Below are positions 20,929 through 31,271 of a DNA stretch of 64,000 nucleotides, one piece after another. Each line of letters starts with the position of its first letter. The stretch's first letter is position 1. The position numbers and the translations under genes are program-made. Source of the DNA: Alphaproteobacteria bacterium (GTDB taxonomy: Bacteria > Pseudomonadota > Alphaproteobacteria > GCA-2731375); the NCBI GenBank assembly GCA_965225945.1, contig CBDDBZ010000026.1, positions 92,771-156,770 of the forward strand, given 5' to 3'. Below the pieces are notes generated by a model. It was not told the DNA's origin. It did not search any database and was given only the letters and a program-made list of their open reading frames with translations.

Positions 20929-22251
20929 TCATGGCGTTTGCGATGACTTGTCCCGCGCCGCGCGCCGATCCAGACGGCGCAGGCGAAAGGCCAGCAGCCC
21001 GGCCTCGGCCGCATAGCCCGCCACCCAGGCGATCAGGCCGATGACGGCGCCGTTCGCCGCGACGACGACGAGCAAGGTGGCGGAGATCAGCGCCGCCAGG
21101 CCGATTCGCGCCGCCCCGCTGGCCGCCATCATGGCGGTACTGCGAACCCCGGCCAGCAGTCCCCGGAACAGCGCCGAATAGGCCCAGGCCGCCGACATCA
21201 GAAAGCCGAGCTTCAGTGCCGGCGCGCAATAGTCCCTGAGTTCGGGGCGCAAGCCCATCACCTCGACCAGCACCAGGTCGTCGAGCGGAGTGTGGAACAG
21301 CACCGCGCCGATCAGCCCGAAGAAAGCGATCAGGTGAAGCGCGAACGTTTTCAACGCCCGGCGATCGGCGATTGAGCGGACCAGGGTCTGCGCGGTCTGC
21401 ACCAGATTGCGCATCGGGCTCATGATCAAGCTCACCAGGCCGTAGACGATGTTGAAGGCGGCCAACGCCAGGTTCGGGTCCGCCAGCGTGCCGAGAAAGA
21501 TGCTGATCACGGTGACGACGCCCATCTCCGCCGAGGCGTTCGCCATCAGCGGCCAGGAGAAGCGCCACTGGCGAGGCAAGCTCGGCGGCGCCTCCCCCTC
21601 CCCCTCCTCGCCCAGCGGCAGGCGCTGGAAGAGGCCGCGCGCGAAGCTGAAAGCCACCGCCGACTCACATGCCATGCAGATCAACAGCGCCGCCGCGCCG
21701 ACCGCCGCGCCCTCCAGGAAATGGGGCAGCAGAGCAAGCGAGACGGCGAGGGAAGCCAGGCGGGCGAAGCTCGCGATGGTGATGAAGATGGTGCGCCGGT
21801 GCATCAGGATGAGGCCGAAGGAGAGCGAGCGGACGATCAGGATCGGCGCGCTCAGCGACAGCAGGAAGGTCGCCGTCTTGGCCTGCCCGACGACCGCCTC
21901 GTCGACGCCGAAGAATCCCCGGAAGACGAGATCGCCGAGGCTGGTGAAGGCGATGAATTGCGCGATCACCCATGAGGGGAGCGTGATCAGGACCATGAAG
22001 GGAAGCAGCCGGCGGAGCGCCCGGCGGGTCTTCAGATAGGCGAGCGTCAGCAGCGCGCAGGCCTCGGTGCTGCTGGCCAGCGCGTAATAGAGCGTGAAGG
22101 CGACGTGAAAGGCGGCGAGCGTCGCGTTCTGGTCGGGCGAGCGGGCCAGTGCCGCGTTGATGACCGATTTCGAGATCATGTTGAGCTCGGTCATGAAGAT
22201 GAGCGGCACGAAGAACCGATAGGCGGTGCGAAGGGTCACGCTGTCGGTCAT
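20929..22251 (-). CDS. MATE/ANKH-like multi-pass transporter
   Basis: Many TM helices in two repeated halves (RFFVPL.. / RFSWPL..). Confidence 0.75.
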   Translation of the reverse strand: MTDSVTLRTAYRFFVPLIFMTELNMISKSVINAALARSPDQNATLAAFHVAFTLYYALASSTEACALLTLAYLKTRRALRRLLPFMVLITLPSWVIAQFIAFTSLGDLVFRGFFGVDEAVVGQAKTATFLLSLSAPILIVRSLSFGLILMHRRTIFITIASFARLASLAVSLALLPHFLEGAAVGAAALLICMACESAVAFSFARGLFQRLPLGEEGEGEAPPSLPRQWRFSWPLMANASAEMGVVTVISIFLGTLADPNLALAAFNIVYGLVSLIMSPMRNLVQTAQTLVRSIADRRALKTFALHLIAFFGLIGAVLFHTPLDDLVLVEVMGLRPELRDYCAPALKLGFLMSAAWAYSALFRGLLAGVRSTAMMAASGAARIGLAALISATLLVVVAANGAVIGLIAWVAGYAAEAGLLAFRLRRLDRRAARDKSSQTP

Positions 22252-22336
22252 GAATATCCGCTCGGGGGCGTCGTGCCGAGATTCGCCACGCTTCGCTCGC
22301 GATGACGTTTTGTGCCGCTCCGCGCCCCGAGACGGT

Positions 22337-22930
22337 TCAGAACGGACGCCGGGCCTTCATCGCGGTGGCCAGCGTGCCGTCGTCGAGATAGTCCAGCTCG
22401 CCCCCCACCGGCACGCCGTGGGCGAGGCGCGAGACCTCCACGTCGCAGCCCGCGAGCCGATCGGCGAGGTAATGCGCCGTGGTCTGGCCGTCGACCGTGG
22501 CGCCGGTCGCCAGGATCACCTCGCGCACCTCCGGCGCCGCCGCCCGGGCGACCAGGCCGCCGATCCGAAGCTCCTCCGGCCCCACCCCGTCGAGCGCCGA
22601 GAGCGTGCCGCCAAGCACGTGATAGCGGCCTGGGAAAACACCGGCGCGCTCCAACGCCCAGAGGTCCGCGACCTCCTCCACCACGCAGAGGAGGCTCTCG
22701 TCGCGGCTCGGATCGGCGCAGACCGCGCAAGGGTCGCTGACGTCGAGATTGCCGCACAGGCCGCAGTCGTCGATTCGGCGCGCCGCCTCCGCCAGCGCCT
22801 CGGCCAGCGGCAGCATCAAGGCCTCGCGGCGCTTCAGCAACACCAACACCGCGCGGCGCGCCGAACGCGGACCGAGTCCCGGCAGCCGCGCCAGGAGCTG
22901 GATCAATCCTTCGACCTCCGATCCCCTCAT
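22337..22930 (-). CDS. recR: Recombination mediator RecR
   Basis: [12 protein letters not shown]4 zinc finger, Toprim, [12 protein letters not shown]. Confidence 0.97.
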   Translation of the reverse strand: MRGSEVEGLIQLLARLPGLGPRSARRAVLVLLKRREALMLPLAEALAEAARRIDDCGLCGNLDVSDPCAVCADPSRDESLLCVVEEVADLWALERAGVFPGRYHVLGGTLSALDGVGPEELRIGGLVARAAAPEVREVILATGATVDGQTTAHYLADRLAGCDVEVSRLAHGVPVGGELDYLDDGTLATAMKARRPF

Positions 22931-22940
22931 CGCCCGGGGC

Positions 22941-23264
22941 TCAGAACGGGAGCTTCATGCCCGGCGGCAGTTGCAGGCCGCCGGTAAGCCGGCCCATCTC
23001 CTCGGCGAGCTTGGCGTCGAGCCGGCGCTTGGCCTCGTTGTGGGCCGCCCGCACCAGGTCCTCCAGCATCTCCGCCGAGTCTGGCGCCAGCAGCGTCGGA
23101 TCGACCGAGAGCGCCCGCATCTCGCCCTTGCCGTCGAGGGTGACGCGCACCATGTCGCCGCCGGCGCCGCCGCTGACCTCGATTTTGGCCAGCTTGGCCT
23201 GCATTTCCTCCATCTTGCCCTGGAGTTCCTGCGCCTGGCGCAGCATCTGACCGAGATTCTTCAT
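22941..23264 (-). CDS. ybaB: YbaB/EbfC nucleoid-associated protein
   Basis: [27 protein letters not shown] between dnaX and recR. Confidence 0.95.
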   Translation of the reverse strand: MKNLGQMLRQAQELQGKMEEMQAKLAKIEVSGGAGGDMVRVTLDGKGEMRALSVDPTLLAPDSAEMLEDLVRAAHNEAKRRLDAKLAEEMGRLTGGLQLPPGMKLPF

Positions 23265-25027
23265 GCCTCGGAAACATCCCCTTTGGTTGTCGGCGCTTCG
23301 CCCGCCCGGGCCGCGGCGATATCGCGAACGTTGGTGACGCGCGCGCCGGGAAAGCTCTCCAGCACCGCCTTGACGGTGGGATGGGCCTCGGCCTCGGCGA
23401 CGAGGGCAGCCTGCGCGGCGCTGGCACGTTCCGCCGCCGTGGGCTCCGCCTCGCCCTCCACCACCGCCTCGACCCGCCACTCGGCGCCGGTGAGCGCGTG
23501 GAGCCGTTCGCGGAGCCGCGCCGCCAGATTGGCGCCGGCGTCGCCCGCCGGCTGGAAGACCAGACGGCGGTCTGAGAACGATACCACTCGGACGTTGTTG
23601 TGCAGCAAGGCCGCCAACGTCGCCTCCCGCCGTTGGGCGGCGAGCGCCACCAACTCCTCGAAGCTGGAGACCTCGCTCGCCGCGGCCGCCGGCGGGGCCG
23701 GAGCCGGTACCGATTCCATCTTCCGCGCGGGTGCCACGGCGCTCGACGCGGGCGCGGCGGCGCCCGGGCTCGGTGTCGCCGCGGCAACGGGCGCCGCGCC
23801 GGGGGCCGGGCTTGGTGTAGCCACTGGCGCGGGCGCCGCGCCGGGCGCCGTCGACAGCTCCTTGATCAGCTCCGCCGGCGAGGGCAGATCGGCGCCGTAG
23901 GCGAGCCGGACCAAGACCATCTCGGTCGCCGAAATCGCCACCGGCGCTTGGCCCACCTCGCCCACGCCCTTCAGCAGCATCTGCCAGGTCCGCGCCAGCA
24001 CCGGCATCGACAGCTGGTCCGCCAGCGCGCGGCCCCGAGTCCGCTCCAGCTCCGCCGTGCCGGGCGCCGCCTCGGCGCCCGGAACCACCTTGAGGCGGGT
24101 CAGCAGATGGGTCAGCTCCAGCAGGTCCTGCAAGACCACGAGCGGGTCGACGCCGAGATCGTAAAGCGCGCGAAGCGCCGCCAGCGCGCCGGCGATGTCG
24201 CCCGCCATGGTGATCTCGAAGAGCTCGAAGACCCGGCCGCGATCGGCCAGGCCGAGCATCTCGCGCACCTGATCGGCCGTCACCCGGCCGTGGCCGTGGG
24301 CGATCGCCTGGTCGAGCAGCGAGAGGCCGTCGCGGACCGAGCCGTCGCCGGCCTGGGCCAGCAGGGCCAGCGCGTCCGCCTCGATTTCGGCGCCTTCCTG
24401 CCCTGCGATCCCGGCGAGATGGCTCGACAGCACCTCGGCCTCGATCCGGCGCAGATCGAACCGCTGGCAGCGCGACAGCACGGTGATGGGGATCTTGCGC
24501 ACCTCGGTCGTCGCGAAGATGAAGACGACGCCGGGCGGCGGCTCCTCCAGCGTCTTCAATAGCGCGTTGAAGGCGGGGCGCGAGAGCATGTGGACTTCGT
24601 CGATGATATAGATCTTGTTGCGCGCGCTCGCCGGCAGGTAGCGGACGCCGTCCAGCAGCTCGCGGATGTTGTCGATGCCGGTGTGGCTGGCCGCGTCCAT
24701 TTCCAGGACGTCGACATGGCGCGATTCGGCGATGGCGATGCAGGGCTCGCAGACGCCGCAAGGCCGAATCGTCGGCCCGCCCGCGCCATCGGGGCCGATG
24801 CAATTGAGTGCCCGGGCGATCAGGCGGGCCGTTGTCGTCTTGCCGACGCCGCGCACCCCGGTCAGCACGAAGGCATGCGCGATCCGCTCCCGCTCCATCG
24901 CGTTGGACAGCGTGCGGACCATCGCCTCTTGACCGATCAGCGCATCGAAGGTCTGGGGTCGGTACTTGCGGGCGAGCACCTGGTAGGGCGCCGCCTGGCC
25001 TACCGCTTCCCTAGTCGTGTCGTTCAT
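23261..25027 (-). CDS. dnaX: DNA polymerase III subunit gamma/tau
   Basis: YQVLARKYRPQTF, GVGKTT, DEVHML, SRCQRF. Confidence 0.97.
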   Translation of the reverse strand: MNDTTREAVGQAAPYQVLARKYRPQTFDALIGQEAMVRTLSNAMERERIAHAFVLTGVRGVGKTTTARLIARALNCIGPDGAGGPTIRPCGVCEPCIAIAESRHVDVLEMDAASHTGIDNIRELLDGVRYLPASARNKIYIIDEVHMLSRPAFNALLKTLEEPPPGVVFIFATTEVRKIPITVLSRCQRFDLRRIEAEVLSSHLAGIAGQEGAEIEADALALLAQAGDGSVRDGLSLLDQAIAHGHGRVTADQVREMLGLADRGRVFELFEITMAGDIAGALAALRALYDLGVDPLVVLQDLLELTHLLTRLKVVPGAEAAPGTAELERTRGRALADQLSMPVLARTWQMLLKGVGEVGQAPVAISATEMVLVRLAYGADLPSPAELIKELSTAPGAAPAPVATPSPAPGAAPVAAATPSPGAAAPASSAVAPARKMESVPAPAPPAAAASEVSSFEELVALAAQRREATLAALLHNNVRVVSFSDRRLVFQPAGDAGANLAARLRERLHALTGAEWRVEAVVEGEAEPTAAERASAAQAALVAEAEAHPTVKAVLESFPGARVTNVRDIAAARAGEAPTTKGDVSEA

Positions 25028-25129
25028 CGGCGCCCGCGTGCTCTTCCGAGGGACGCGCCTCCGAGGGACGCACTCGTCGGGGCCTCGGGGGAGGCGCCGG
25101 CCGGCGAGGCACCGCCAGGGGGCGCGAAG

Positions 25130-25228
25130 GTGGGAGATTGGCTCAGGCGACCCGAACCGGTCTCGTTACGGCTGCTTCCTCTCGGACCTGACCGGATTGG
25201 CGAGTGGTCCGTCCACCGCCAACCTCCC
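25130..25228 (-). ncRNA. ffs: Signal recognition particle 4.5S RNA
   Basis: GGTCAGGTCCGAGAGGAAGCAGCC core within a long hairpin, upstream of dnaX. Confidence 0.93.
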
Positions 25229-25391
25229 GACGCCAATATAGCAACATTGGCGAGCGGCGAAACAGGCCGGCGGAGGGAAATCCGAAACCCGTCGGCGGCT
25301 TTTGGCCGCATCACCGACGCTCTCCCCCGATCCTCTCCCCGGGCCGAACCACCCGAGCGCGCCGGCCGGGCCAGGCAGCGCGCGCGGCGCC

Positions 25392-25685
25392 TCAAGCCCC
25401 GGCGTAGTCGTCGATCGCCCGGGCCATGCGGATATCCAACTCGCCGAGCCCGCCGGCATCGTGGGTCGTCAGCGTGACTTCCACCCGGTTGTAAACGTTG
25501 GACCACTCGGGATGGTGGTCCATCCGTTCGGCCAGCATCGCCACCCGGGTCATGAAGCCGAAGGCGGCGTTGAAGTCGGCGAAAACGAGGCTCTTCACGA
25601 TCGCGTCGCGCCCCTCCACTTCGCGCCAGCCGTCGAGACCGCCGAGCGCCTCGGCCCGGGCGTCCCCACTCAGTTTTTCCGCCAT
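25392..25685 (-). CDS. phhB: Pterin-4a-carbinolamine dehydratase
   Basis: [18 protein letters not shown]. Confidence 0.93.
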   Translation of the reverse strand: MAEKLSGDARAEALGGLDGWREVEGRDAIVKSLVFADFNAAFGFMTRVAMLAERMDHHPEWSNVYNRVEVTLTTHDAGGLGELDIRMARAIDDYAGA

Positions 25686-25809
25686 GTTCGATATTCCACC
25701 TCCCTGTCGCTCGAGCCGATCTTATAACGTCGCCCGCCCGCGCGGAATTGCCCGACCGCCCGGTTTCGGCGGCCTTGGCGGCGGTGGCGGCGGGGATTAA
25801 GCTCCAGGC

Positions 25810-26208
25810 ATGAAAGAGCGGTGGGAGCTGGCGCCGAGCCTGGCGGACATCGAGGCGCTGGCGCGGGGCGCGCTGGCGACGATTCCGGCCGAGTTCGGCC
25901 GATGGCTCCGCTCGGTGCCGATCCGGGTCGAGGAGTTCGCCGACGACGAGACCCTGGCGGACTTGGGCATCGCCGATCCCTTCGAGTTGATGGGGCTCTA
26001 TCGCGGCGTCACGATGAGCGGGCGGGATGGCGGGTCGGCAAGCGCCGACATCGACATGATCTTTCTCTATCGCCGCCCGATCCTGGATTACTGGTGCGAC
26101 GGGGCTTCGAGCCTGGGCCATGTCGTGCGCCATGTGCTGATCCACGAGGTCGGTCATCATTTCGGCCTCTCGGACGCCGACATGGAGCAAATCGAAGGCG
26201 GTTTGTGA
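25810..26208 (+). CDS. Zincin-like minimal metallopeptidase
   Basis: LMGLYRG, LYRRPILDYW, HEVGHHFG. Confidence 0.9.
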   Translation: MKERWELAPSLADIEALARGALATIPAEFGRWLRSVPIRVEEFADDETLADLGIADPFELMGLYRGVTMSGRDGGSASADIDMIFLYRRPILDYWCDGASSLGHVVRHVLIHEVGHHFGLSDADMEQIEGGL

Positions 26209-26237
26209 CCACCCGTCCCGGCTTCGGGGCTTTCGAG

Positions 26238-26801
26238 TCAGACTCCCGGCGGCACCGGCTCGGAGTTCGCCAGAGGATAGTCCGCCTCGATCCGGTAGTG
26301 GGCGCGCTCGCGGCCGCGGTGGCTGGATATCAGCGCGAAGCGATCGGCGCGGAAGGGCGCCACGGCGAGGCCGCCATGGGCTTCCATGAAGGGCGCGAGG
26401 CGGGCCGGCGCCACCCCCTTCATCCGGGCGAGCGTGACGTGGGAATGATAACGCCGGCCCTCGCGCGGTTGGCCGAGGCGGGCGAGCAGGTTTTCGATCG
26501 ATGCCTGCAGCGCCATCAGCTCCGCCGAGGCGCGGACTCCGACCCAGAGCACCCGCGCCCGGCGGCGATCGCCGAACTGGCCGACCTCGGCGAATTCGAT
26601 CTCGAAGGCCTCGGACTCGATCGTCTCCAGCCCCTCGGCGATGTCGATGAAGCGCGCCTCGTCGACCTCGCCCAGGAAACGGAGCGTCAGGTGCATGTTC
26701 TCGGGCGGTGTCCACCGCGCCCCCGGCACCCCGCCGGCGAGCAGCGAGAGGCGCAGGCGGACCTCCGCCGGCAACGGCAGGGCGACGAAGAGCCTCGGCA
26801 T
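26238..26801 (-). CDS. thpR: RNA 2',3'-cyclic phosphodiesterase
   Basis: RLFVAL, HLTL and HVTL 2H motifs. Confidence 0.92.
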   Translation of the reverse strand: MPRLFVALPLPAEVRLRLSLLAGGVPGARWTPPENMHLTLRFLGEVDEARFIDIAEGLETIESEAFEIEFAEVGQFGDRRRARVLWVGVRASAELMALQASIENLLARLGQPREGRRYHSHVTLARMKGVAPARLAPFMEAHGGLAVAPFRADRFALISSHRGRERAHYRIEADYPLANSEPVPPGV

Positions 26802-26969
26802 GCGGCACCCTCTCGACGATTCGGCCGCAGCATAGCGCCCCCGCCCGCTCGGTTCTCCTCACCCCTCCGAGCGGCTATGCTGAGAGCGGAGCGGCGAGGA
26901 CAGGTGCGATGGCCGATTTCGCGACCGCGATTCGCTTCCCGCCGCCAACCGAGCTCGAGGAATGCCGTC

Positions 26970-28166
26970 ATGACCGAACGACCCCGCGCCTCCCAGGCGC
27001 TCGCCCGTTTCACCGTCCTCGACCTGACCCGGGCCCGCGCCGGGCCGACCGCCGCCCGCCAGCTCGCCGATTGGGGTGGCGACGTGATCAAGATCGAGAT
27101 GCCGGAGAGCTCGACCGGCGCCGGCGCGCTGGGCGGCCCCCGGCACGGGCCGGACTTCCAGAACCTGCACCGCAACAAGCGCTCGCTGACGCTGAACCTC
27201 AAGCAGGACGCGGGCCGCGAGGTCTTCATGAAGCTGGTGGCCGGCGCCGACGTGGTGGTCGAGAATTACCGGCCCGAGGTCAAGCATCGCCTCGCCATCG
27301 ACTTTGAAGCCTGCCGCGCGGTGAACCCTGCCATCGTCTACGGCTCGATCTCCGGCTTCGGCCAGGACGGGCCCTACGCGAAACGGCCCGGCGTCGATCA
27401 GATCGCCCAAGGCATGGGCGGCCTGATGTCGATCACCGGGGCGCCGGGCGGGGGGCCGATGCGGGTCGGCATCCCGATCGCCGATCTCTGCGCCGGCTTG
27501 CTCTTGGCGCACGGCATCCTGGTGGCGCTCCTGGAGCGGGAGGTCTCGGGCGAGGGGCAGTGGGTGCAGAGCTCGCTTCTGCAGGCGCAGATCTTCATGC
27601 TGGATTTCCAGGCCGCGCGCTGGACCATGACCGGGGAGATCGCGCCGCAAGCCGGCAACGACCATCCGACCGGCATCCCGACCGGCGTGTTCGAGACCGC
27701 CGACGGCCCCATCAATATCGCCGCCGCCGGCCAGGTGATCTTCGAGCGCTTCGCGCACGCGCTCGGCAAGCCGGAATGGATCGAGGATCCCGACTACGCC
27801 AGCCGCGAGGCGCGCTCGAACAATCGCCGCCAGATGAACGCGGCGATCGAGGAGGTGACCCGGACCGACGCCGGCGCCGCTTGGATCGACAAGCTGAACG
27901 CCGCCGGCGTGCCCTGCGGGCCGATCAACGATATCCGGCAGACCTTCGAGGACCGCCAAGTCGAGCACCTGGGCATCGCCGAGACGGTGGAATCCCCCGC
28001 GATCGGGCCGATCGACCTGGTCGGCCAAGGCGTCCGGCTCTCCCGAACGGCAAGCCGGATCGCCAATCCGGCGCCGGAATGCGGCGAGCACACGGGCGAG
28101 ATCCTGGCCGCGCTCGGTTACGACCAGGCGGCGGTGGCGGCGCTCCGCGCCCGCCAGGTCGTCTGA
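26970..28166 (+). CDS. CaiB/BaiF family III CoA-transferase
   Basis: VLDLTRARAGP, RNKRSL, VVENYRP, GFGQDGP. Confidence 0.93.
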   Translation: MTERPRASQALARFTVLDLTRARAGPTAARQLADWGGDVIKIEMPESSTGAGALGGPRHGPDFQNLHRNKRSLTLNLKQDAGREVFMKLVAGADVVVENYRPEVKHRLAIDFEACRAVNPAIVYGSISGFGQDGPYAKRPGVDQIAQGMGGLMSITGAPGGGPMRVGIPIADLCAGLLLAHGILVALLEREVSGEGQWVQSSLLQAQIFMLDFQAARWTMTGEIAPQAGNDHPTGIPTGVFETADGPINIAAAGQVIFERFAHALGKPEWIEDPDYASREARSNNRRQMNAAIEEVTRTDAGAAWIDKLNAAGVPCGPINDIRQTFEDRQVEHLGIAETVESPAIGPIDLVGQGVRLSRTASRIANPAPECGEHTGEILAALGYDQAAVAALRARQVV

Positions 28167-28188
28167 TCCGGCGCCCGGGAGCGGCGCC

Positions 28189-29331
28189 ATGGAGGCATCG
28201 CATCCGCTCGACGGCATCCTCGTGGTGGAGATCACCACGACGATCGCCGGCCCCTATGCGACCAAGATCCTCCAGGACCTCGGCGCGAGAGTCCTGAAGA
28301 TCGAGAGCCGCAAGGGCGGCGATCCGTTTCGCAATATCGGTGGTCCTCGCCTCGGTGACGCGCCGACGGCGTTCCGTTGGCTGAACGGCGGCAAGGCCTC
28401 GATCACCGCCGACTTTTCCGACGGCGACGACGTGGCCGCCGTGCGCCGGCTGGCGCTCGAGGACGCAGACGTGGTGTTGCAGAACATGCGGCCCGGCGCC
28501 GCCGACCGGCTGGGCCTCGGCGCCGAGGGCTTGCGAGCGGCCAATCCCAGGCTGGTCTATTGCAACCTCGGCGCCTACGGCGGCCGGGGGCCGCTCGCCC
28601 ACCTGCCCGGCTACGATCCCCTGATGCAGGCCTTCGGCGGCATCGTCGCGACCACCGGCAGCGAGGCGGCGCCGGCCCGCGTCGGGGTCTCCCTGATCGA
28701 CATGGGAACGGCGATGTGGGCGGTGATCGGCATTACCTCGGCGCTGCGCCGCCGCGAGCTCGACGGCGTCGGCGCGGTGGTCGACGCGGCGCTGTTCGAG
28801 ACCACGTTGGCCCTGATGGGGATCCCCATCGCCAACTACGAGGCGGGCGGCGTCGTGCCGAAACGGACCGGCCTCAAGGGCCCGATCGTGGTGCCGAACC
28901 GCGACTTCCCGACGGCCGACGGCCTGCTGGTGATCGCCGTCGTCTCGGACCCGCAGTTCGCCCGCCTGGCGCGGGCGATCGGCCGGCCCGAGCTCGCCGA
29001 CGACGCCCGCTTCGCCACCGCGCCGGCGCGGCTGGAGAACGAGGACGCGCTTATCGAGGCGATGAACGCGGCGCTTCGCACGCGAGGCCGGGCGGAATGG
29101 ACTCAGGCGCTCGATGCGGCCGACGTGCCAAACTCCCCGGTGCACGGGCTGGCGGAAGTGGTGGCGCATCCCCAAACCGAGGCGAGCGAGCTGCTGCGGC
29201 CGAGTGGCGAGGGCTCCGCCCGCCTGGTCGGCCTCCCCCTCCGCCTCGACGGCACCCGGCCCTCGGGCGACGGTCCGGTGCCGGCGCTCGGCGCCGACGA
29301 CAGCCTGCTCGAGCCCTATCGCGGGGGCTGA
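28189..29331 (+). CDS. CaiB/BaiF family III CoA-transferase
   Basis: IAGPY..LGARVLKIE, NMRPG, GYDPLMQA. Confidence 0.92.
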   Translation: MEASHPLDGILVVEITTTIAGPYATKILQDLGARVLKIESRKGGDPFRNIGGPRLGDAPTAFRWLNGGKASITADFSDGDDVAAVRRLALEDADVVLQNMRPGAADRLGLGAEGLRAANPRLVYCNLGAYGGRGPLAHLPGYDPLMQAFGGIVATTGSEAAPARVGVSLIDMGTAMWAVIGITSALRRRELDGVGAVVDAALFETTLALMGIPIANYEAGGVVPKRTGLKGPIVVPNRDFPTADGLLVIAVVSDPQFARLARAIGRPELADDARFATAPARLENEDALIEAMNAALRTRGRAEWTQALDAADVPNSPVHGLAEVVAHPQTEASELLRPSGEGSARLVGLPLRLDGTRPSGDGPVPALGADDSLLEPYRGG

Positions 29332-29608
29332 GTGAGGCGGTTTCCGCCGACGCCGTTGCGCATGGCATGTCGTGGCATTAGGCCCGGGTCGACGGATGCC
29401 CGCGGTTCCACGGCGCCTGGCATCGGGGGTGGTTTCTCCGTGGAACCGGCGTGGCCGGGAGGGGGATTGATAGCCAATTTCGCCCTCTTTGGCTTTGCGA
29501 GTATTTTCGCGCTCTCTCAATCATCCGACACCGGTAGTTCGGTGACCTATCGAAAGCGGATGGTCAGTAGGTATGCTAAACTGGGCAGGTCGGGACACGG
29601 GGAAGAAA

Positions 29609-30070
29609 ATGATAGAAATCAACACCGAGCATCTTTTCCAAATGGCGATCCAAGTACCGGCGGAAGAGACGCGGGAAATCGGTGACACGCCTTGGGGCCG
29701 GAGGATAATCGTCAAGGTCACGGGCGGCGAGTTCGAGGGGCCGAGGCTCAAGGGCATCGTACTTGAAGGTGATGATTGGTTGCTGCTGCGGCCGGACGGC
29801 GTTGTGCAGCTCGATTGTCGGATGAACTTAGAGACCGACGACGGTCACGCCATCTGCATCACCTATCGTGGGTTTCGTCATGGTCCGGCGGAAGTCATCG
29901 AACGGATAAGCCGTGGAGAGGAGGTTAATGCCTCTGAATATTATCATCGGGTCGTGCCCTTCTTTGAGACGGCGTCCGAAAAATATGCTTGGCTGAATAG
30001 TGCCATTTGCGTTTCTGCCGGACACAAGCGGCCCTGGGGCGGCGCCTATTCGGTTCACCAAGTTCTTTAA
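29609..30070 (+). CDS. DUF3237 family protein
   Basis: G.RIIV.VTGG.FEGPRL.G, DWLLLRPDG, FET...KYAWLN. Confidence 0.9.
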   Translation: MIEINTEHLFQMAIQVPAEETREIGDTPWGRRIIVKVTGGEFEGPRLKGIVLEGDDWLLLRPDGVVQLDCRMNLETDDGHAICITYRGFRHGPAEVIERISRGEEVNASEYYHRVVPFFETASEKYAWLNSAICVSAGHKRPWGGAYSVHQVL

Positions 30071-30149
30071 CGACCGTCCGCCGATAATTGGCGACTTTCA
30101 CCCGCTATGGGCAAGACGGGCGCTCGACTGGAAAGAGGGAACGACTGTC

Positions 30150-30512
30150 ATGAGTAACGAAGAAAATAGGGGGCCTCAAACTCGCCGCGTGCTTGACGCA
30201 TATTTTCGCGGCTTTAACGCCAAGAACATATCGCTCATGCCGGTTGGAGAGAATGTTTATTTCAAACCGCCGGTAAAATCCGAGCCGGTGGTTGGATTAG
30301 AATCCTTTCGCCCTTTCCTGGAGCAGGCGTTCTCAAAATTCGATCGGATCGTCGTTCAACGCACGATCGTCGAAGGTGAATTCGCGTGTGTGATGTTGGA
30401 CTATCATGTACCCGGCATACCGCCGATACCGATGGTCGACTGTTTCCGTGTGGTCGATGGAAAGGTGGTGGAAATTCTTCCCTACTTCGATACCAAATTG
30501 CTGCCCGAGTGA
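30150..30512 (+). CDS. SnoaL/NTF2-like protein
   Basis: YF..FN, IVEGE, DCFRVVDGKVVEI..YFD. Confidence 0.8.
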   Translation: MSNEENRGPQTRRVLDAYFRGFNAKNISLMPVGENVYFKPPVKSEPVVGLESFRPFLEQAFSKFDRIVVQRTIVEGEFACVMLDYHVPGIPPIPMVDCFRVVDGKVVEILPYFDTKLLPE

Positions 30513-30786
30513 TGTGGTTGGGTAGCCATCGCTAATATTACGCCCGGTGCTGGGGGGACCGACGTAATCGGTCAAATGACGGACGGTGGCGGGCCGGTGG
30601 GCGAGGCTCGGCGTCAACGACGGCCTGCTCGATCCCTATCGCGGGGGCGAGTGAGGCGGCTTCCGCCGACGCCGTGGCGCATGGCGCGCCGTCTCGCGAA
30701 AGAAATCCCGCTCATCGCCCGTGGCGCCCCGGTGGGCGACCCGCTCGAAGGCGCCGTTTCGGTCAGACACCGAGATCGCGCGACGC

Positions 30787-31158
30787 CTATTCGGCCCCGC
30801 TTCGCTTCAGGATCTCCTCCGGCGTGGCGGAGACGACTTCGGCGTAGCGCGGGACGAAGCCGCCCGCCTCGATGTGCTGGATGAAATCGGGCCGCAATTC
30901 CTCCGCCAGGATCTTGCGGATGCGCGCGTGCTCCTCGATGTCGGACCACTCGGCGATCAGGTAGAACCGCCCCGGGTCCGCCGTGTCGCGGCAGAGCACG
31001 CCGTCCTTCACCTGCGCGGCGGACTTGTGCATCGGGTTCTCGTCGGAATAGTCGAACGCCTCGAAGCGGCGGACGAATTCCGCCTCGTGGCCGGGTTTCA
31101 CCCGAAAATCGTAAATGTGGAGATAGTTGCCGGTCTTGGCCAATGGTTCCATCACCAT
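30787..31158 (-). CDS. ABM-like dimeric alpha-beta barrel protein
   Basis: FRVKPGHEAEF, DPGRFYLIAEWS. Confidence 0.7.
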   Translation of the reverse strand: MVMEPLAKTGNYLHIYDFRVKPGHEAEFVRRFEAFDYSDENPMHKSAAQVKDGVLCRDTADPGRFYLIAEWSDIEEHARIRKILAEELRPDFIQHIEAGGFVPRYAEVVSATPEEILKRSGAE

Positions 31159-31271
31159 GTCGATCCCTCCCTTGCAGGCTTCATCGTGCCCCGAGGGGCG
31201 TCGGGCGAGTATAGCTTCTCGGGCGTCTGGGAAGGCATACTAGGCACCTATCCCGCGCCCAGGAGGCCGCC

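Larger units (their letters stand above)
29286..30685. repeat. ~80-bp imperfect direct repeat (29286..29366 and 30606..30685) bracketing a lower-GC two-gene insert
   Basis: About 7 differences between copies; covers the 3' end of the CoA-transferase gene. Confidence 0.8.

Noticed and set aside
23690-23850. Ala/Pro repeats in dnaX
   Set aside because: Ordinary low-complexity tau linker
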